A stretch of DNA of 64,000 nt from Eledone cirrhosa (Eukaryota), in assembly GCA_964016885.1 (NCBI GenBank), contig OZ024754.1, positions 25,296,001 through 25,360,000 on the forward strand. Reading direction: 5' to 3'. Below, piece after piece: positions 57,828-64,000 of this stretch. The stretch's first letter is position 1. Each line of letters begins with the position of its first letter. A program made the position numbers and the translations under genes. The notes below the pieces were generated by a model. That model saw only the letters and a program-made list of their open reading frames with translations. It had not been told where the DNA came from and did not search any database.

Positions 57828-59021
57828 ATATATATACATGTGTGTGTGCGTGTGTGTGTGTGTGTGTGTAGTAGTAGTAGTAAGGTTTTCGATATTGTGA
57901 TAATGGTTAGCAGCGATGTGTGTCAAATGGCTATTAAGATAAGTGTGTGTGTGTATGTGTGTGTGTGTGTGAGTGTGTGTGTAGCAGAGTAATTTGTGAT
58001 GGTCAGTAAGAATGTTTCTGATTTCGAAAATTGATATATATTTTATATTCTTAAAAAATTTTTCAGAAACACAATGTATAAAAGCATTTTTTCTAAATTC
58101 TGTGTAAAATGATCTATTTGTTAAAAACATAAAAAAATCAATTTTACAAATCAGAAGTAAATATTTCTAAAAGTATAAACAAATTGATTATTATAGGTTT
58201 TTCACAAATTGATCATTTTACACAGTATTTAGAAAATTGTTTTTTTACAAAAAAGATTGATTTTTTTTCTTTGGAAATATATACTTTCTGATTTTGAAAA
58301 TTGATATATATTTTGTATTTTTCAAAAATGTTTCAACGTGACGAAACACAATGTATAAACGCATTCTTTTGAAAAAAAAACATTTTTTCCAAATACTGTG
58401 TTTTACACAGCATGGTCAATTTGTTAAAAACCTAAAAAAATCAATTTTAGAAATCAGAAGTAAATATTTCGAAAAGTATAAACAAATCGATTATTTTAGG
58501 TTTCTCACAAATTGATCATTTTATTACATATCCAGTGTTACATATTCAGTGCTTTTATCGAGAATGACACAGCTAGAGACTTATAGAATACTTAGCTGTG
58601 TACAGGAACTGGTTTGAAAGAGCGGTTGCCGGTCCGGCAGAAATTAGAAATTGGATTAAATGCTCTGAAATAGCGATATATATGTGAAGATAGACATAGA
58701 ATATTCGAAAATATTCTGTATGTTTATAATAAACATTTTGAAGACCTAATCGCTATAGAATAGAATACGTCACGTATTACAATTAGATTCTCGATAAAAG
58801 CAAGGGAAGTAACCTACGCGTTTCATTCTTATTAGAAATCTTCAGGATTACATATCCAGTGCTTTTATCGAGAATGACACAGCTAGAGACTTATAGAATA
58901 CTTAGCTGTGTACAGGAACTGGTTTGAAAGAGCGGTTGCCGGTCCGGCAGAAATTAGAAATTGGAATAAATGCTCTAAAATAGCGATATATATGTGAAGA
59001 TAGACATAGAATATTCGAAAA
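51119..59021 (+). repeat. Higher-order repeat unit 3 (7903 bp)
   Basis: ORFs 51072/58975 offset by 7903; 43292/53007 offset by 9715. Confidence 0.95.
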
Positions 59022-59045
59022 TATATATATATATATATACATGTG

Positions 59046-59084
<39 letters not shown>

Positions 59085-60833
59085 TAGTAGTAGTAAGGTT
59101 TTCGATGTTGTGATAATGGTTAGCAGCGATGTGTGTCAAATGGCTATTAAGATAAGTGTGTGTGTGTATGTGTGTATGTGTGTGAGTGTGTGTGTAGCAG
59201 AGTAATTTGTGATGGTCAGTAAGAATGTTTCTGATTTCGAAAATTGATATATATTTTATATTCTTAAAAAATTTTTCAACGTGTAGAAACACAATGTATA
59301 AAAGCATTTTTTCTAAATTCTGTGTAAAATGATCTATTTGTTAAAAACCTAAAAAAATCAATTTTACAAATCAGAAGTAAATATTTCTAAAAGTATAAAC
59401 AAATTGATTATTATAGATTTTTCACAAGTTGATCATTTTACACAGTATTTCGAAAAATTGTTTTTTTTCAAAAAAGATTGATTTTTTTTTCTTTCGGAAT
59501 ATAAAATTTCTGATTTCGAAAATTGATATATATTTTGTATCTTTTAAAAATTTTTGAATCTGCCGTAACAATGTATAAACGCATTTTTTTGAAAACTAAC
59601 AATTTTTCGAAATACTGTGTAAAATGATCAGCTTGTGAAAAACCTAAAATAATTAATTTGTTTATACTTTTCGAAATATTTACTTCTGATTTCTAAAATT
59701 AATTTTTTTAGGTTTTTAACAAATTGACCATTTTACACAGTATTTATAAAAAATGTCTGTTCTCAAAAGAATGAGTTTATACATTGTGTTACGACACGTT
59801 GAAAAATTTTTGAAAAATACAAAATATATATCAATTTTTGAAATCATAAAGTATATATTTCGAAAGAAACAAAATCAATCTTTTTTGAAAAAAAACATTT
59901 TTTCCAAATACTGTGTAAAATGATTAATTTGTGAAAAACCTAAAAAAAATCAATTTTAGAAATCAGAAGTAAATATTTCTAAAAGTATAAACAAATTGAT
60001 TATTATAGGTTTTTCACAAATTGATCATTTTACACAGTATTTTGAAAATTGTTCTTTTACAAAAAAGATTGATTTTTTTTCTTTGGAAATATATACTTTC
60101 TGATTTTGAAAATTGATATATATTTTGTATTTTTCAAAAATGTTTCAACGTGACGAAACACAATGTATAAACGCATTCTTTTGAAAAAAAAACATTTTTT
60201 CCAAATACTGTGTTTTACACAGCATGGTCAATTTGTTAAAAACCTAAAAAAATCAATTTTAGAAATCAGAAGTAAATATTTCGAAAAGTATAAACAAATC
60301 GATTATTTTAGGTTTCTCACAAATTGATCATTTTATTACATATCCAGTGTTACATATTCAGTGCTTTTATCGAGAATGACACAGCTAGAGACTTATAGAA
60401 TACTTAGCTGTGTACAGGAACTGGTTTGAAAGAGCGGTTGCCGGTCCGGCAGAAATTAGAAATTGGATTAAATGCTCTGAAATAGCGATATATATGTGAA
60501 GATAGACATAGAATATTCGAAAATATTCTGTATGTTTATAATAAACATTTTGAAGACCTAATCGCTATAGAATAGAATACGTCACGTATTACAATTAGAT
60601 TCTCGATAAAAGCAAGGGAAGTAACCTACGCGTTTCATTCTTATTAGAAATCTTCAGGATTACATATCCAGTGCTTTTATCGAGAATGACACAGCTAGAG
60701 ACTTATAGAATACTTAGCTGTGTACAGGAACTGGTTTGAAAGAGCGGTTGCCGGTCCGGCAGAAATTAGAAATTGGAATAAATGCTCTAAAATAGCGATA
60801 TATATGTGAAGATAGACATAGAATATTCGAAAA
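59022..60833 (+). repeat. Second 1812-bp truncated HOR unit
   Basis: ORFs 58975/60787 offset by 1812; same chimeric junction at ~60055-60085. Confidence 0.92.
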
Positions 60834-63801
60834 TATATATATATATATATACATGTGTGTGTGCGTGTGTGTGTGTGTGTGTATGTGTGTGTGTAGTAGT
60901 AGTAGTAAGGTTTTCGATGTTGTGATAATGGTTAGCAGCGATGTGTGTCAAATGGCTATTAAGATAAGTGTGTGTGTGTATGTGTGTATGTGTGTGAGTG
61001 TGTGTGTAGCAGAGTAATTTGTGATGGTCAGTAAGAATGTTTCTGATTTCGAAAATTGATATATATTTTATATTCTTAAAAAATTTTTCAACGTGTAGAA
61101 ACACAATGTATAAAAGCATTTTTTCTAAATTCTGTGTAAAATGATCTATTTGTTAAAAACCTAAAAAAATCAATTTTACAAATCAGAAGTAAATATTTCT
61201 AAAAGTATAAACAAATTGATTATTATAGATTTTTCACAAGTTGATCATTTTACACAGTATTTCGAAAAATTGTTTTTTTTCAAAAAAGATTGATTTTTTT
61301 TTCTTTCGGAATATAAAATTTCTGATTTCGAAAATTGATATATATTTTGTATCTTTTAAAAATTTTTGAATCTGCCGTAACAATGTATAAACGCATTTTT
61401 TTGAAAACTAACAATTTTTCGAAATACTGTGTAAAATGATCAGCTTGTGAAAAACCTAAAATAATTAATTTGTTTATACTTTTCGAAATATTTACTTCTG
61501 ATTTCTAAAATTAATTTTTTTAGGTTTTTAACAAATTGACCATTTTACACAGTATTTATAAAAAATGTCTGTTCTCAAAAGAATGAGTTTATACATTGTG
61601 TTACGACACGTTGAAAAATTTTTGAAAAATACAAAATATATATCAATTTTTGAAATCATAAAGTATATATTTCGAAAGAAACAAAATCAATCTTTTTTGA
61701 AAAAAAACATTTTTTCCAAATACTGTGTAAAATGATTAATTTGTGAAAAACCTAAAAAAAATCAATTTTAGAAATCAGAAGTAAATATTTCTAAAAGTAT
61801 AAACAAATTGATTATTATAGGTTTTTCACAAATTGATCATTTTACACAGTATTTTGAAAATTGTTCTTTTACAAAAAAGATTGATTTTTTTTTCTTTCGA
61901 AATATATACTTTCTGATTTTAAAAATTGATATATATTTTGTATTTTTCAAAAATTTTTCAACGTGACGAAACACAATGTATAAACGCATTCTTTTGATAA
62001 AAAAACATTTTTTCCAAATACTGTGTTTTACACAGTATGGTCAATTTGTTAAAAACCTAAAAAAATCAATTTTAGAAATCAGAAGTAAATATTTCGAAAA
62101 GTATAAACAAATCGATTATTTTAGGTTTTTCACAAATTGATCATTTTATTCTAAAAACTGTTTTCTTTCAAAAAAGGTTGATTTTTTTTCTTTTGAAATA
62201 TATACTTTCTGATTTCCAAAATTGTATTCTAAAAAAATCTTTCAACGTGTATAAAAGCATTTTTACCAAATACTGAGTAAAATTATCAATTTGCTAAAAA
62301 CCTAAAAAAATCAATTTTAGAAATCAGAAGTATCAATTTTCAAAATCAGAAAGTATATATTTCGAAAGAAAAAAATCAATTATTTTTTGAAAAAAAACAA
62401 TTTTTCGAATATAATGATTAATCTGTGAAAAACATAAAATAATCAATTTGTTTATACTTTCGAAAAGTATAAACAAATTGATTATTTTATGTTTTTCACA
62501 GATTTAATATTCGAAAAATTGTTTTTTTTCAAAAATGATTGATTTTTTTCTTTAGAAAATTGAAATATATTTTGGATTCTTAAAAAATTTTTCAACGTGT
62601 AGAAACATAATGTATAATAGAAAAAAAAACATTTTTTCCAAATACTGTGTAAAATGGTCAATTTGTGAAAAACCTAAAAAAATCAATTTGACTATTTCAG
62701 GTTTTTCACAAGTTGATCATTTTACACAGTATTTCGAAAAATTGTTTTTTTTTCAAAAAAGATTGATTTTTTTTTCTTTCTAAATATATACTTTCTGATT
62801 TCGAAAATTGATATATATTTTGTATTTTTCAAAAATTTTTCTACGTGTCGAAACAATGTATAAACGCATTCTTTTGAAAAAAAACATTTGTTCCAAATAC
62901 TATATGAAATGGTCAATTTGTGAAAAACCTAAAAAAATCAATTTTAGAAATCAGAAGTAAATATTTCGAAAAGTATAAACAAATTGATTATTTTAGGTTT
63001 TTCGTTTTAATTTTAGAAAAACCTAAAAAAAATCAATCTTTTTTAAAAAGAAACAATTTTTCAAATTAATGATCAATTTGTGAAAAACCTAAAATAATTA
63101 ATTTTTCTAATTTCTAAAATTGATTTTTTTAGGTTTTTAACAAATTAATCACTGTATAAACAAATTAATTATTTTAGGTTTTTAACAAGTTGATCATTTC
63201 CAAAAATTGTTATTTTCAAAAAAATGCGTTGTGTTTCCACACATTGAAAAATTTTTGAAAAATGCAAAATATATATCAATTTTCGAAATCAGAAAGTATA
63301 TATTCCGAAAGAAAAAAAATCACGTTTGTTTACGAAAGGACAAACCGAGCATTATAATAAATTTTCGCTAATCTGATACATACATATATATATGTGTGCC
63401 TTTATGTATATATATATATACATGCTAATATTTAAGTAAGTGCCAGTGAAAAATTTCATTTCATTTCATGTTATTCTATTTTATCGTTTTCAGTGCTGAA
63501 ACTCACTAGATATGCAAATCAGGCTGCTCAGCCGTTAATTACCATAAGGAAAGTTCGAACCTTCGAAAGTTCAACCATCTGGCAGAAGGGTATACGGTGT
63601 TGACGATAGCTAACAAGCTTGAAACTAGTACATCGTTCCTGTGTCAGTATTGAACAAAAAGGTGACGTGGTTGCCTTAACACCGTACGGCATAAACCGAG
63701 CTGTCCGTTTGTTTACAAACTGACAAAGCGAGCATTATAATAAATGTTCGATAAACTGATACGTGATATATATATGTGTGCCTGTATATGTATATGTGTG
63801 C

Positions 63802-63876
<75 letters not shown>

Positions 63877-64000
63877 CTACTGCACGTCTATATGCATATA
63901 TGTATGTAAGTATACATACACACTTACATTTAAGTAAGTGACGTGCTAAGAGTGAGAAATTTCATTTCATTTCATTCTATTCCATTTTATCGTTTTCGGT
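60834..64000 (+). repeat. Higher-order repeat unit 4 (partial, runs off the window)
   Basis: ORFs 53007/62722 and 54029/63744 offset by 9715. Confidence 0.93.

Overview
The whole 64 kb is non-coding, very AT-rich, eukaryote-type satellite DNA. I found no credible genes, RNA genes, CRISPR array or autonomous mobile element; all listed ORFs are translations of (TA)n/(CA)n microsatellites or satellite sequence. The array is a composite of four modules: SatA (310-bp monomer with a perfect 16-bp inverted repeat), SatB (~303-bp A/T-tract monomer with a ~70-bp inverted repeat), SatC (~430-520-bp monomer with an internal TA microsatellite) and a ~175-190-bp GT-flanked linker D. In the left half (1-~33.5 kb) these form B-A-C-D cassettes of two alternating types with a ~12-13 kb super-period. 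In the right half they form a near-perfect higher-order repeat (HOR) of 7,903 bp that lengthens to 9,715 bp after a 1,812-bp internal duplication. Notable points: (i) unrelated satellite families are locked into one HOR; (ii) all three monomers are rich in dyad symmetry; (iii) SatA monomers have their GC-rich core replaced by a patterned ~300-450-bp TA tract; (iv) a ~3.7-kb homogeneous SatA variant array is inserted inside one TA tract; (v) there are many fold-back and microhomology scars, including a palindrome with perfect 41-bp arms. Function (centromere, heterochromatin, eliminated DNA) and organism cannot be determined from sequence alone. Coordinates were read by eye and block edges are approximate to a few bp.
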